From Mobula hypostoma (lineage: Eukaryota), in assembly GCF_963921235.1 (NCBI RefSeq), contig NC_086097.1, positions 112,470,001 through 112,534,000 on the forward strand: DNA of 64,000 bases, written 5' to 3'. The notes beneath the pieces are model-generated. The model did not search any database. It was not told the DNA's origin and saw nothing but the letters and a program-made list of their open reading frames with translations. The translations under genes were made by a program, and so were the position numbers. This document shows positions 38,541 through 52,397 of the stretch, piece by piece. Positions within the stretch are counted from its first letter, which is position 1. The number at the start of each line of letters is the position of its first letter.

Positions 38541-39737
38541 AAGAGATGTTTAGATAGGCACAGAAATTTGAAGAAGATGGAGGGTTACGGAGTTTTGGGT
38601 TTTTTAAAATTTACTTTTCAGCTGGTTGTTCCTGTGCTGTACTGTGCTATGTTTTATGTTCTAAGTGAATAAGATGCTCGATCATCCACGATACAAAGCG
38701 AGAGCAGGCATTAGCAGCTTGCATGTCTTCCTCTTACTTCTGTTTCTCACGCTCGATCAAACTATCTGTCACCCCTCAAAAGATTCTTGGCTCCCTTTGC
38801 ATTTTCAATTATTTTAATGTGACACATCTGCATTAAAAAGTATAATGCGTTAACGATAAGATATTTCAAGGTAACATACCTATTGAATAGTGAAATAGTT
38901 ACAGGTATTTACAAGTTGGGCTATTTTATTTACTTTTCTTTCAAACAGATTGGGAACTCAAGCTATCCAGCATACAGCAACTGAGCCAGAATTTGAAACC
39001 ATCTAACTACTTCAAGGAGTTGGTATGTAGCTAGCTACAATAAACCTCAAGTACCTGTCGGTGTCAGTGGAAGGCTGCTGGATTTCTATCCTTGGGCAAG
39101 CCATTCTTCTGTTAGCTAAAGAGACCTGGCTGCTTAGTCAACAGACAAAACAAGATACACTGTTAGCACAACACAAGTACAGAGATACTTAAGAAGCAAA
39201 GAGGACTCTGTTTTAAATCTTTCATATTTAACCTGGGCAAAAGGATTAACATTATTTCTGCATCTTATTAAATTAATTAAACATTATTTTTCATTCATGT
39301 GGTCCCACATTTACGTAGGATGAAAGCAGAATGAAGAAAAATCAACATCACAACTGTACTCCCTTAGAAGATACTTTTTTTTATAATCATGATTTTAACA
39401 TTTTGTATCACGCTGCATCACCATCTGGTATGGAAGTTGGGGAAGTGGGGTGGGGGCTACTGCACAGGATCGAAAGAAGCTCCATCCTGGGCACTAGCCT
39501 CCAGGACATCTTCAAGGAACGATGCCTCAAAAAAGGAGGCATCCATCATTAAGCACAACCATCTCTCAAGACACACCTACCATCAGGAAGGAGGTACAAG
39601 GATCTGAAGGCACATGCTCAATGATTCAGGAACAACTTCTTCCCCTCTGCAATCAAGTTTCAGAATAGACATTGTGCGCATGAGCACTACCTCATTACCT
39701 TTTTGCATTATTTATTTTATTTAACTGTCTATATATA

Positions 39738-41339
39738 CAGTGGCATGCAAACGTCTGGGCAACCCTGGTCAAAATTTCTGTTACTGTGAATAGTTAAGTG
39801 AATAGAAGATGAACTGATCTCCAAAAGTCATAAAGTTAAAGATAAAACGTTATTTTCAACATGTTAAGCAAGATTAGTTTATTATTTTTGTTTTGTACAA
39901 TTTTAGAGTGAAAAAAAAGGAAAGGAGCATCATGCAAAAGTTTGGGCACCCTAAGAGATTTGAACACTCAGATAACTTTTACCAAGGCCTCAGACCTTAA
40001 ATAACTCGATAGGGCTATGGCTTGTTTACAATCATCGTTAGGAAAGGCCAGGTGATGCAAATTTCAAAGCTTTATAAATACCCTGACTCCTCAAACCTTG
40101 TCCCAACAATCAGCAGCCATGGGCTCCTCTAAGCAGCTGCCTAGCACTCTGAAAATTAAAATAAATGATGCCCACAAAGCAAGAGAAGGCTATAAGAAGT
40201 TAGCAAAGCATTTTCAGGTAGCCGTTTCCTCAGTTCATAATGCAATTAAGAAATGGCAGTTAACAGGAATGGTGGAAGTCAAGAAAACTTTCTGAGAGAA
40301 CTGCTCATAGGAATACTAGAATGGCAAATCAAAACCCCTGTTTGACTGCAAAAGACCTTCAGGAAGATTTAGTAGACTCTGGAGTGGTGGTGCACTGTTC
40401 TACTGTGCAGCGACACCTGCACAAATATGACCTTCATGGAAGAGGCATCAGAAGAAAACCTTTCCTGCGTCCTCACCACAAAATTCAGCATCAGAAGTTT
40501 GCAAAGGAACATCTGAACAAGCCTGATGCATTTTGGAAATAAGTCTTGTGGACTGATGAAATTAAAATAGAATTTTTTGGCTGCAATGAGCAAAGGTATG
40601 CTTGGAGAAAACAGGGTGCAGAATTTCATGAAAAGAACACCTCTCCAACTGTTAAGCATGGGGGTGGATCGATCAGGCTTTGAGTTTGTGTTGCAGCCAG
40701 TGGCTCAAGGAACATTTCTGTAGTAGAGGGAAGAATGAATTCAATTAAATACCAGCAAATTCTGGAAGCAAACATCATACCATCTGTAAAAAAGCTGAAG
40801 ATGAAAAGAGGATAGTTTTTACAACAGGATCATGATCCTAAACACACCTCAAAATCCACAATGGACTACCTCAAGAGGTGCAAGCTGAAGGTTTTACCAT
40901 GGTCCTCACAGTCCCCCGACCTAAACATCATCGAAAATCTGTGGATAGACCTCAAAAGAGCAGTGCATGCAAGACGGCGCAAGAATCTCACGGAACTAGA
41001 AGCCTTTTGCAAGGAAGAATGGGCAAAAATTCCCTAAACAAGAATTGAAAGACTCTTAGCTGGATACAGAAAGCGTTTACAAGCTGATACTTGCCAAAGG
41101 AGGTGTTACTAGGTACTGACCATGCAGGGTGCCCAAACTTTTGCTTCGGGCCCTTTTCCTTTTTTGCTATTTTGAAACTGTAAAAGATGGAAATAAAAAA
41201 GTAATCTTGCTTAAAATATTAAAGAAATGTGTCATCTTTAACTTTGTGCCTTTTGGAAATCGGGTCATCTTTTACTTGCTTAGTTATTCACAGTAACAGA
41301 AATTTTGACCAGAGTTGCCCAAACTTTTGCATGCCACTG
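39738..41339 (+). mobile_element. Full-length inactive Tc1 transposon (DD34E, IR/DR type), 1602 bp
   Basis: TA|cagtggcatgcaaa ... tttgcatgccactg|TA; TIRs of about 210 bp with inner direct repeats (atgcaaaagtttgggcaccc near 39932; gggtgcccaaacttttgc near 41127). Confidence 0.95.
40119..41119 (+). pseudogene. Tc1 transposase pseudogene
   Basis: MGSSKQL..EGYKKLAKHFQVAVSSV (HTH), WTDE, QQDHDPKH, SPDLNIIENLW with 34 residues between D and E. In-frame stops near 40540, 40681, 40814 and 41035; the GRPRK linker is missing at a frameshift near 40283. Confidence 0.92.
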
Positions 41340-42534
41340 TATATATTCACTGTAATTCACATTTTTTCTCTATATTATGTATCGCATTGACTGCTGCTGC
41401 AAAACAAAACAAATTTCAAGACATATGTCAGTAATATGAAACTTGTTTCTAATTCGGTATGTAACCCATTTAATGAAATTATTTTCTTTGGTTCCATCTC
41501 AGCTTGTCTGAAGTACAACGAAGTAAAACGGAGTCAACGATACTACCAGAACAGCAGGAAATCAGGAGAGTAGATGAACTCACTCCACCTCCTGAGAGGT
41601 CATAAATTAACAATACAATATCTGGGAAGCAATTTGTCTTCCTCCTTCTGATTGGAGCTCTGTTTGGCATAGAGCCAGGAAAAGAAGGGGCGAGGCAAGT
41701 TTTAAAAATTAGCTCATAAGATTAGCAGTGCCAGTGATGAATGAGATTTTACTTCATTTTTCCCTTATAATTAACCTTCCTTGACACCTAAGTTTTGTTA
41801 CTAAGGAAGAGTAATTTTACTCCATCAACTAATGCGACATTTCCACATGGATTAATATTGAGAAACTGCAGTTTCACTTCAATACTGTGGGCATCATTTG
41901 CATGTACAACGTTGCTTGAATGATTCTTCCCAGTAACTAAAGCTTGGAATTTTCCTTCAATAAATAAGTAATTGTGAATGTTCTTTTTTTTACGATGGTT
42001 ATCATAAGGGAATGCAGCCACATTCATTCAATTGTGCACTGCTTACAATTTTTAGCATTTTCACATTCCTTTTCAGACCTTTTCATTCCTAGTTCAGACC
42101 TTGCTAAAACACCATTTCTTCCTCCCTTTCCTCCTCCAATTGTCTCCTGAAAATGGTAAAAAGTATCATGGTTTCACAGGCATCGGTTTTCCTCTGGTCC
42201 CTTCGTAAAGTGGCCACTCTTTCAGATGTGAGCCCAAACAATCAATGTTAGCCAGCTGTTCAACCAGTGCATTGTCTAATCCTGTCCTCCTTGTTTTTAA
42301 GTGACAACCCCATGACAGACAGATAAAGATGCAGACAGTGGGAAGCAAATTGTGACCTTAGAACGCTGTTGCAACAACTCTTTGGAGGAATAACTGGGGT
42401 GGGAGGGAGATTTTTTTGAACACGTGACTTCTAGAACACTGGGCTATTTTGTAACATAATCTGGTTAGGGCTGTGAATGTAATCAACTCAGAAAATTAAA
42501 GAACAAAAATAAACTGCATGGGAGTTTCACAACT

Positions 42535-44345
42535 TTTAAGTAGATTAGTCCATCCCAACCAAGGTGTCTTGCAGATCTGGTCTCATTTGCCTGTATTTGG
42601 ACCATGTCCCTAAACTTTTCCTATCTGCATACTATACTTGTCCAGACATTTTTTAATGTAATTTTACCTGCCTCAATTGGTCCTCCTTGAATATAGTTCC
42701 ACATACCCATTACTATCTATGTGAAAAACTCGCCTGTCTGGTCCTCTTTAAATCTTTTCCCCTCGTTGTTCAACTATGCCCTCTAGTTTTAGACCCCCCC
42801 ACCCCTGCCCTGAGAAAAAGACTTTGACTATCGGTCCTATTTATCCCACCTCATGTTTGCATGGACTTCTGTATGGTCATCCCTCACTCTCCTTTATTCC
42901 AGGGAAAGCAGTCCCAGCCTCGCTGGTCTGTCCTTATAAGTCATGCCCTCCAGGTCCAGCAAAAATGCTGCGTATATTCTCTGCACCATCCCTAGCTTAG
43001 ACCATAAGACACAGGAGCAGAATTAGGCCATTCTGCTCATCAAATATGCTTTCTCAATCAATCATGGCTGATTTATTTTCCCTTTCGACTGCATTCTCCT
43101 GCCTTCTCCCTCGTAACCTATGATGCACTTATTAATTAAGAACCTATCAATCTCTGCTTTAAATATATCAAATGCTTTGGCCTTCACAGCCATCTGTGAC
43201 AATGAATTCCACAGATTCACTACTCTCTGGCGAAAGAAATACATAGAGTCATAGAATATTATAGCATGGAAAAAGGCCCTTCATCTCATCTCGTCCATGC
43301 CGAACTATTAATCTGCTTCATCCTTTGGACCATAGCCCTCCATATCCTTCCCAGGCAAGTTTCTCTCAAATGTTGACAATGAGCCTGCATCCCCTACTTC
43401 CACCAGCAGCTCGTTCCACACACTCATTACCCGCTGAGTGAGGAAGTTCCCCCTCATACTCCCCTTAAACAGTTCACTGTTCATCCTTGACCTATCACCT
43501 TCTAGTTCTAGTCTCATCCAATCTCAGTCACCTATAGATGTATACCTCCATCAAATCTATCAAATTCTGCGTCATCTCTGTCTAAAGGTATGTCCTTCTA
43601 TTCTGAGACTGTGCCTAGACCCTTCCACTATAGGAAACATCCTCTCCATGTTAATGCCATTCTTTCTTTAGAATGGCAACTAGAATTGAACACAACATTC
43701 CAGGTGCAGTCTTGTCAATGTCTTGTAACTTGTAATATGATGTCCCAACTCTTTTACTCTGTGACCCAACCAATTAAGGCAAGCGTGGTAAGAACCTTCT
43801 TCACCACTTTGCCAAGCTGTGTCTCCACTTTCTGGAACATGTACCCCTGGGCATCTCTACTATATATTACTAATCAAGGACTTGCTATTCACTGTATATG
43901 TCCTGCATTATTTATTTTCACAGAATACATTACTTCACATTTGTATGAGCTAAATTCAATTTGTCATTCTTTTGCCCACTTTCCCAGTTGATCTATAATC
44001 TTAGACAACCTTTGCTGTCCATTACACCACCAATTTTGGTGTCATCCTGAAATGTACAAATCATACAATGAATGTTCACATCCAAGTTGTTTATACATGA
44101 TAGATAACAGGAGTCCCTGCAGCATCCCACTAATTTCAGGCTTCCAGTCTGAAAACAATTCCTCACTACCTCCTGTGACTCCTCCCACCAGGACATTTTG
44201 CATTCAATTGGCTAACTTACTCTGGATCTCATGTGACCTAACCTCTCAACTATAGCCTATCATGTGTTATGCTATTATTTGCTGAAGTCCATGTAGGCAA
44301 TGTCTGATGCCCTACCCTTGCCAATCCTCTTGGTCACCTCTTCAA
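42535..44345 (-). mobile_element. Cluster of nested CR1 fragments
   Basis: FFRQRVVNLWNSL, FKGSMRGNFLTQRVMSVWNEL, FQDDTKIGG and several CR1 tails. Confidence 0.8.
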
Positions 44346-44354
44346 GAAACCTAA

Positions 44355-44608
44355 AACATTCCACACCAAATCCTGGAGGAACTCAGCATGTCAGGAATCG
44401 CTTATAGGAATGAATAAACAATCAACGTTTTGAACCAAGACCCTCTTCAAGACCTGAAGAAGGTTAGGTCAAAACCTATACAAGGGTCTTGACCCAAAAC
44501 GTTCACTGTTTATTCATATTCATAGATGCTTCCTGACCTGCTGAATTCCTCCAGTATTTTGTATGTGTTGCTTTGGATTTCCAGCATCTGCAAATTTTCT
44601 TGTGTTTA
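44355..44608. mobile_element. Palindromic element of two Penelope-like termini
   Basis: ctggaggaactcagc..gaataaacaatcaacgttttgaaccaagaccct is inverted to agggtcttgacccaaaacgttcactgtttattc..ctgaattcctccag. Confidence 0.7.
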
Positions 44609-44814
44609 TCGATCAGATCTATGCGCAGTATCATGCTAAATATCACTGATCAGCCTCCATCCTTCTAATTGTAGAGAAATCCTGTTTCACAGGATCCTCT
44701 CCAGTAGTTTTCCCACCACTGATGTTGGGCTCATCACCTATAGTTACAACCCTTCTCCAATAAAAACATTATATTTGCCACCCTGCAGTCTTCCAGTATC
44801 TCACTCATGGCTAA

Positions 44815-45270
44815 GATTCAAGATTATTTATTGGCACCTTTCTGAATATATGCCCTTGATGGCAAGTAGGCTGGTGCTGGTGACGTATCTGTCAATTTTA
44901 ACTTCTCACTGTGGAGCCCCCTTGTCCACCACAGTGCATTTTATGTAGCGAGCAGTGATGCAGCATGTTAAAATGCTCTCAACTGCGCATCTGTCAAAGG
45001 TCAGGAGAATTATTGTGCATAGTACAGCTCTCTTCAGACTCCTCAGAAAGTGGAGGTGATGCTGAGCTTTCGCAATTGTGTAGCATGTGCTCTGGGATCA
45101 TGGAAGGTTGTGCAAGTTGTGCACTCCCAGGAGTTTGAAACTGCTCACAGTTTCCACTGCTGTGCCACAGATGTGAAGAGGAGTAAGAGTGTTGCAGGTT
45201 TTCCTGAAGTTATTAATGATCTCCTTTGTCTTGTTGACATTGAAGAAGAGGTTATTTGCTTGGCACCGGG
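44815..45270 (-). mobile_element. Rex1/Babar RT fragment, fused to a CR1 piece at about 45270-45450
   Basis: CQANNLFFNVNKTKEIINNFRK..PLHICGTAVETVSSFKLLGVH. Confidence 0.75.
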
Positions 45271-46639
45271 CCTTGAGCTCTTCCAAGACTGTCAACACCT
45301 CCTCTTTCATAATGTTGATATTTTTCAGGAAATCATTGTTCTCTTCCCTGAGATCCTTTGTTTCTATGACCTTCCCCATGATAAATATAGACAAGAAATA
45401 TCATTTAAAACCTCACACATCTCCTGTCATGGATATTCTCTTCTAGGCCAGTAGGCCTCTTTCTTGGTTTTTTGCTAACCATTCTTTCTAAACCCAGCAT
45501 CTGACATTTGTAAGTAAACTTTTAAATAAAATTTATTTAGCTTCTAATCATGAATAGAAGTCAGCCTTCAGGTCTTAAAAATTAAATGGAAAGCAGCAAT
45601 GAGCTTGAAGTTAAAACACAGCTTTGTAAACAAGCTCTTTATGTAGAAGACACTCTGCCCGTGCAGAAGCAGATGATAGTCATTGTACCTGCTTTATTGC
45701 TGGTCAAGATACAATGTAAGACAATAGGTTGTTTAATTTGTGTTGCTTTAAACAGACAAGCTGACTCTTAAATTGCTTGGTTTAAGGAAGCTTGTAGAAC
45801 AGACAGATAATATAATGTAGCATATCACTAACTGATCTCTTTAAAGCTGAGAGGTTTATTTGCTCAAGGAAGTTAGCTTCACAGTATCTACACCCTTAGC
45901 TCAGGTTTCTGTCTCCAAAAAAAGCTTTTAGAGTATTTTTGTTAAGAGGAAATATCATATGCTTGTGAAATCACCCAGGTGGGAGAGAAACTGTATAAAT
46001 ATACAGAGCAGTTCTGACTTATTAGGAATGGGGTAAACAACATCACGAAGGAACATGGAAGGAATATGTGGTTGATCCATTCCTTCAGTTTCAGTTTCTG
46101 CATTGCTTGTCTGCAACTTTTTGGTTCTTTTTAGTTTATTGGAATTGTACCTGTGCTTTGGAAATCCTTAATGTTTTATCAGTTTAAGAAATCCTTAATG
46201 TTTTGTGCTTAATTCTTTATCCTTTGGAAATGCTTTGTCCTTTATGTATTAGAAATGGCTTGTGATTTGGAAATGTTTAAGGTTGAAATCCTCTGTGAGT
46301 TTTAAATGTGTTTTAAGAATGTGTGGTTTTAAATGTTTATCATTGAAATTAAATGAACGGTGTTTTAAGCTATTTTGTTAGCTGGAAGTATCTTCTCCTT
46401 GGTAAGGAGAGGGGACCCACCCCTCAGATAGTAGGTATTGGCAGCTAAACTCACTGTGGAAAATAAGCAGGGAAGTGAAGCAGTTTTTGAAGATTGGGTA
46501 GTTACAGTATACTCTCCTTTCAGGGAAACTTCTCATGGCTATTTATATCTGACAAGGCTTAAAGTCTTCATTTCAGTTTAGAACTCCACGGTTAGTAAAT
46601 TCAATACTGTCGCACTCCTGGGTCTTCACACAAGGAAAC

Positions 46640-47070
46640 CCACACTGACCTATTCTCTCCCTGATTAATCTTATGTTCTTAATTTAATTATAGTATCTCT
46701 TAGGATTCTCTTTTACTTTATCTGCTAACAATATCTCATGTCCCCTTTTTGTCCTTCTGATTTCCTTTTTTAAGTGTATTCTTATATCCTTTGTATTCCT
46801 CAAGGGATTTGCTTGATCTTGGATTCCTATGCCTGACAAAGCTTCAAAGCTTTTTGTCAGCCAAAATTCCCTAAGCATGCCTTCACTCTAACAGGGAAAA
46901 ATGGCCCTATCTTAATTTTAAAGCTTCCCATTTGCCACGTGCTCCTTTACCTGCTAACAGTCTTCTAATCAACTTTTTCAAGATCCAGTCTGATACCATG
47001 CTTTGATCCAATTTAAAATTTCAACCTGTGGCCTAGTCTAACTTTGTCCATTACTATTTTAAAACTAATT
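46640..47070 (-). mobile_element. CR1 ORF2 fragment
   Basis: LKKEIRRTKRGHEILLADKVKENPKRYY. Confidence 0.75.
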
Positions 47071-47074
47071 GGAT

Positions 47075-47562
47075 CATGTTCATTGAGCAACTGTCAGCTA
47101 AACATAGCTTACCAAAAACCCACTTTTTCCGATATCTACAAATTAGAGACTTTCTGCAATCTCAATTTTATACATTTCCTAAAAGTCCCAATAGGAACTT
47201 ATTAGATGTAATTTCTAATTTGAAACCTTTTCATAATGGTTCAATATCCAATATTTATGGTATGTTGCTGGGAATGAGAAATGCTCCTTTAGACAAAATT
47301 AAAAATCTCTGGGAATAAGATTTACAGACCTCAATTTCTGAGGAAACTTGGAATGAAATTTTTAAATTGGATAACACTTCATTGTTATGTGCCCACCACT
47401 CCCTCCTACAATTTAAAGTGATCTATAGGGCCCACATGACCAAGGATAAGCTATCTCATTTTTACTCAGATACATCTCCCTATTGTGATAGATGTAATAA
47501 TGGAGAAGCTTCACTAATTCATATGTTTTGGACATGCCAGAGTCTTGAAAGATACTGGATGG
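47075..47562 (+). mobile_element. L1/Tx1-clade LINE ORF2 C-terminal fragment
   Basis: EQLSAKHSLPKTHFFRYLQIRDFL ... LLQFKVIYRAHMTKDKL..CDRCNNGEASLIHMFWTC (CCHC knuckle). Confidence 0.8.
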
Positions 47563-49559
47563 AAGATAGGCCAAGGGACCTGTTTCTGTGCTGTAGTGCT
47601 CTTTGACTCCATGACTCTGGCTTCAGTGATGTCTGGCTTCATATCTGTGCTCCCACAACTTTTACTTGGGGCTGTGGCCTGCTGCAGCTGCAGTGACGCC
47701 AGACTTCGTGACTTTCGTAAAGCTTCAGCTCTGAATGCCATTTGCTTATTTTCATTGTTTGCACAATATTTTTTTCTCTGCACTTTGGGTGTTTGACTGT
47801 CTTTTTTTAATGGATTCTATTGGGTTTCTTTGTTTTGTGGCAGTTAGGAGACAAATCTCAGGGTTGTATAATGTATGCATACTTTGATCCTAAATGTACT
47901 TCGAACTTTGCACGTTGACTCCAAAGCAAAGGTATAAAGGCAAGAAGAAATCAGATTCTGTGATGTTCCTATGACAAAATTAATGAAAGAAATGCCAAGA
48001 AATTACTGAAATGTTAAGAGTAATAAATCTCTGTGGTACCAGATAGGATGACATTGGGCCTAGACACCTTCCATTTTTTGAAAGTACAGTGGAAATCTGC
48101 AGGGAAAACAAGAACACCTTACAAGAACTGATGATAAATAAAATCTAAATATTATGGCAAGATCTGGAGACACATGCAAAGGGCAGCTGATTAAAAGAAA
48201 TTTTCTGTGTCTTGACATGCTTATTGCTGAGCAAACAATTTACAATTATTTTAATAACTGTAAATATTTGATCAATTAATGCTGAGTGTTCACATACCAT
48301 GATTAGGTTGAAAAGTTTTGAGTAGGAAGGTGACTTACTTAGATGAAGCAAGCACACTTTATCTAAAAGTACATCATCTGAATTACTGGCTGATGTCTCC
48401 ACATAGCTGAATAGGCAAGAAAGGTTAAAAAATATCTCAAGCTGTTTCCCTGTATTTCCCAGTGGTTGGATGAACTACTGTATCATAGGCAAGCGTATGG
48501 GAGCCTGAGACCTGGTGTTAGTGCTTTCAACTGAAGAATGATGTATGTAATGAGGAAATGCAAGGAGTGCAGGAAGGACAAAGAAATGATAGTTCCATTG
48601 TGTACCAAAACAAAAATAAAAATAGGTCACAAAAGTTTTATTCTGATCTTTTTCCAAATGTTTGAAAATAGTGAGTTTGACATTGCCTCAACCTCTATAT
48701 TTAAGTAACATAAGAAAAAGGAGCAGGAATAGGTCCTATGGCTCCTAGAGTTGGCTCCAGTATTCAGTAAGTTTATGAGAGATCTGGTCATGGCCACATA
48801 TCCTCTTCCTTGCCTGTCCCCGCCTAACTCAGCTTCCTGATGTACAAGTCAGTCCATGTCAGTCTTGGAAGTACTCAATGATGCAGCCCCCCACACCCCC
48901 CGCTCTTCTTGTACAACATGCAAAGATTTTTGGCACTCCTAGAGAATTTTAAAGCAAACAACAACCTGAACTGAAACTTTGTCAACTTTGTTCAAGATTC
49001 CCCTCCCCCAAGAGGAAACATCATCTTAACATACAACTCTGTATAACCACCTCAAAATAATTTACTTTTCAACAAGATCATCTATCTTCTAAACTTTAAA
49101 TATTGGCCCATAGGAATATTATTGATTATTACGAGACTTTTTAATAAAACCCCAACGCACTTTTAATTCATTTTATTTCAGATGCTATGCAGTAGAATAA
49201 TAGATTTTCCAGTGTACTTGATAAGTTTAAGGGAACCAAGGAAACCAAAATCTCGTGTGTCTAAAGGGAATGTGGATGATAGGGCCCCAGGGTGTTTAAA
49301 GGGAGGACACAAATCAGCTACAATAAGTTTAATGGTATCCTGAAAAACCGTCCCTGGTATATTAAAGAGGAGTGCTAGAATCAAGACTTCAGTGAGCCAG
49401 ATGGCTAAACTATTGTGATTTCAGCAATTAGCTGATGGAATTATCAAAGTTTTACTGTGCATAATAAATAATATAATAAATAATGTAAAATTGTCACCCA
49501 GCTGGTCTATGATCTATCCAAGAATTTATGAAAGTTTATGAACAGAGTATCATATAATG

Positions 49560-49915
49560 TCCATAAGACCATAAGACATAAGAAGTAGGCCATTCAGCCC
49601 ATTAAGTCTGCACCGCTATTCCATCATGGTTGATTTATTATCCCTCTCAACCCCATCCTCCTGCCATCTCCCCATAACCTTTACTAATTAAGAACCTAGC
49701 AACCTCCACTTTAAATATACCCAATGATTTAGGTCTCTGGCAACGAATTCCACAGATTCACACCCCCTTGCTAAAGAAATTACTAATCCCTTCTCTAAAG
49801 GGATGACCTTGTATTCTGAGGCTGTGCTCTCTGGTCCTAGACTCTACCACAATAGGAAACATCCTCTCCACATCGACTCTATCTAGGTCTTTCAATATTC
49901 GATAAGTTTCAATAA
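49560..49915 (-). mobile_element. CR1 3' fragment
   Basis: LIETYRILKDLDRVDVERMFPIVVESRTREHSLRI plus ccataagaccataagac tail. Confidence 0.85.
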
Positions 49916-50349
49916 GAAAACTTCTCATTTCCATAGAGTCCCTGGTGATGGCGAACAGTTTCATTTTTTAACCAGCTACCACTGGGTACTGTAAGATCTG
50001 CTGCTGTGCTTTCACACTCTCAGACCCCCAGTGTCACTTGGAAGGAAGTTACTCATTTGTGAAAGAATGCTACTTTCCTCTGGACACAAAGCAAAGCACA
50101 GATTTAGAAGCAAAATCCACTTGATTTTTGACAACTACTGCATATTTTGTTTGACTTCCTTTAACCTGGAGTACAGTGGAAGGATTTTTGCCAATCTTAG
50201 TTAAAGCAAATGACTTTCAAGAGGAAAACAAACTCAAATTTAAATTATGGTCCAACTTAAATATAAATTAATATGGAAGATATATACAATTTATATATTT
50301 TTTGAAAGGATGGAAAAGTCCATTAGGATAAGTTTTCACACTTAGTTGA

Positions 50350-50775
50350 TGCACCAACTGAAAGTTAATCTTGGCAAGCAATTAAAGTTCCCTGACTTCA
50401 TCACATCATCATCCCTAAGACCTGACATGGTCGCTCAGTCAGAAAGCTCACGTAGGTGGTCATGGTAGAACTGACAGTTCCTTGGGAAGTCCATATTGAG
50501 GAGGCGTTTGAACCCACGGTCTTCTTGGCATTATGGGGGCTGCAAAGAAAAGAGCCATCAGGTCTGTCACAGAGGCTACTGAGCGAGTCTCCTGATGGCT
50601 ATGGATCAAGAGATGTGACCCGTGGACACAGTGCTGCTGGGACACAAGCCAGGGCCCGATCAAACCCGGCTGGCTTGCCTGGAGTGAGAGTGTCTGCTGT
50701 TGTAAGACCCGAAACACCGGATGACCCTAGGTTATATCACTGATAATTTGTCCCAGCACATCCTAGGATGTATCT
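50350..50775 (+). mobile_element. 3' end of an RLE-type non-LTR retrotransposon (HERO/R2-superfamily-like)
   Basis: QLKVNLGKQLKFPDFITSSSLRPDMV..ELTVPWEVHIEEAFE: RPD..ELTVPWE restriction-like endonuclease motif. Confidence 0.75.
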
Positions 50776-51264
50776 CAACAACATTGATGAAGAGCAAAAG
50801 TATCACTTAAATTTTCCATCCCCCTGTCCGGCCTGAGAGCGGATAAGGGTTGAATGATGGAATACATAATGCTGACACAAATTACAGGTAAAAATAGATA
50901 GTAGAGGCTTGTTGTAGGGCTTCTTGTTAGAGGTTATTGCTTGTGGCTTGCAAAAGTTATTTTTGCTTTTAGATGTTCAGGAAAAACATTTTTAATTGTT
51001 ATCACAAATGCGCTCTGGACTAGACCACCATATACTGTAAGTGAGTCTGTCCTTCAGGGGTGGTGATCAAGGAGACAGAAATCAGAAGGGAGGTAATATC
51101 CACTATTCAGGTGAAAGAACTGCAGACAGGAATTCTTGGTAGGAGGGTCTGACACCACCATCGTAAGTAAAGTGAATTTAGTGTATATCAGCATTCTAAT
51201 CAGAAACGGAAAGATCAATATTCTACTAGAAAACCAATTTCTCCAAATCCAGCTAATACCAAAG

Positions 51265-51765
51265 ACTCACAAGTTTCTACAGATGTAGTGCGCACAGTAT
51301 TCTAACAGGCTGCATCACCATCCGGTATGGGGTGGAGGGTTACTACACAGTGTCAGAAGAAGCTGCAGGACGTTGTGGACTTAGTCAGATCCAGCATGGG
51401 CACTAGCCTCTGTAGTATCAAAGACACCTTCGAGGAGATATGCCTCATAAAGGTGGGACCCATCATTAAGAACCCCCATCACCCAGGACATGCCCTGTTG
51501 TCATTGCTACCATCAAGAAGAAGGTAGAGGAACATGAATGCACACACTCAGCCACTCAGGAACAGCTACTTCCCCTCTGCCATCCAATTCCTGAATGGAC
51601 AGTGAACCCATGAACACTACCTTACTACTTTTATTTCTATTTTTGCAGTACTTATTGTAATTCATGTTTTTTTTCCTCTATTATTATGTATTGCATTGTA
51701 TTGCTGCTGCAAGGACAACAAATTTCATGACGTATACCGATAATATTAAATCTGATTCTGATTCA
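51265..51765 (+). mobile_element. Rex1/Babar 3' end
   Basis: FYRCSAHSILTGCITIRYG..KKLQDVVD..IIKNPHHPGHALLSLLPSRRR; tail tctgattctgatt. Confidence 0.8.
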
Positions 51766-52139
51766 TTTTGTAATGCAAACAAAGCTCTCCTCTGTGTCTC
51801 TTCACACTAGCACCATTCCATGCCCTCCCATCAGCACTCTTCATCCAACTAAACATTTTAGTATGAAGGACACATTGAAAGAATTTAGAGGTACTTGAAA
51901 AGAATGAGGTCCAGTTTGCTAATGATGGAGTGAGTAGTTTTCTCTTTGGGTAATTATATGTCAGTATACTTCTAAAATGGATCATGGATGTCTACATCTT
52001 AATTGCAAATTAACAGTTCCCAATGGTAAACATTGAGCTCAAATACTAGCTAGATGATTTTTCTCCTCAGCTGTGTCACTGTGCTGGATCATACAATTGG
52101 ATAACAGTTCATTGGATAGCATACAATTAGATAATAAGG

Positions 52140-52397
52140 TGGCAGGGGAGCATAGAGATTAGAACAACACTTTACACTACAGGCGACCCAGGTTCTATTC
52201 TCACCACTGTCTTTAACGAGTTTCTACATTCTCCCCATGACCGTGTGGGTTTCCTCCCACAGTCTAAAGACATACTGGTTGGTAGGTTAATTGGTCATTG
52301 TAAATCGTCCTGTGATTAGGGTAGGGATAAATTGGGGGTTGTTCAAAGGGCTTGGATGGCCTATTCCATGCCATATCTTAATAAATATATAAATAAA
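52140..52397 (+). mobile_element. V-SINE
   Basis: Homologous to 2223-2475 (gtgggtttcctcccacag..ggtaggttaattggtcattgtaaat). Confidence 0.7.

Larger units (their letters stand above)
39410..41455 (+). mobile_element. Rex1/Babar 3' end split by the Tc1 insertion
   Basis: SILGTSLQDIFKERCLKK..RNNFFPSAI before 39737; the 3' UTR resumes after 41341 (gcattgactgctgctgc..aaatttcaagacatatg). Confidence 0.7.

Noticed and set aside
41578..41605. Another 8-nt ag/gt interval (GAGGTGGA)
   Set aside because: Weaker acceptor and exon-end context; it shows that such patterns can arise by chance.
50685..50765. GAAA and CTGATAA boxes in the HERO-like 3' UTR read as a hammerhead
   Set aside because: I could not build the three required stems and the core is non-canonical.
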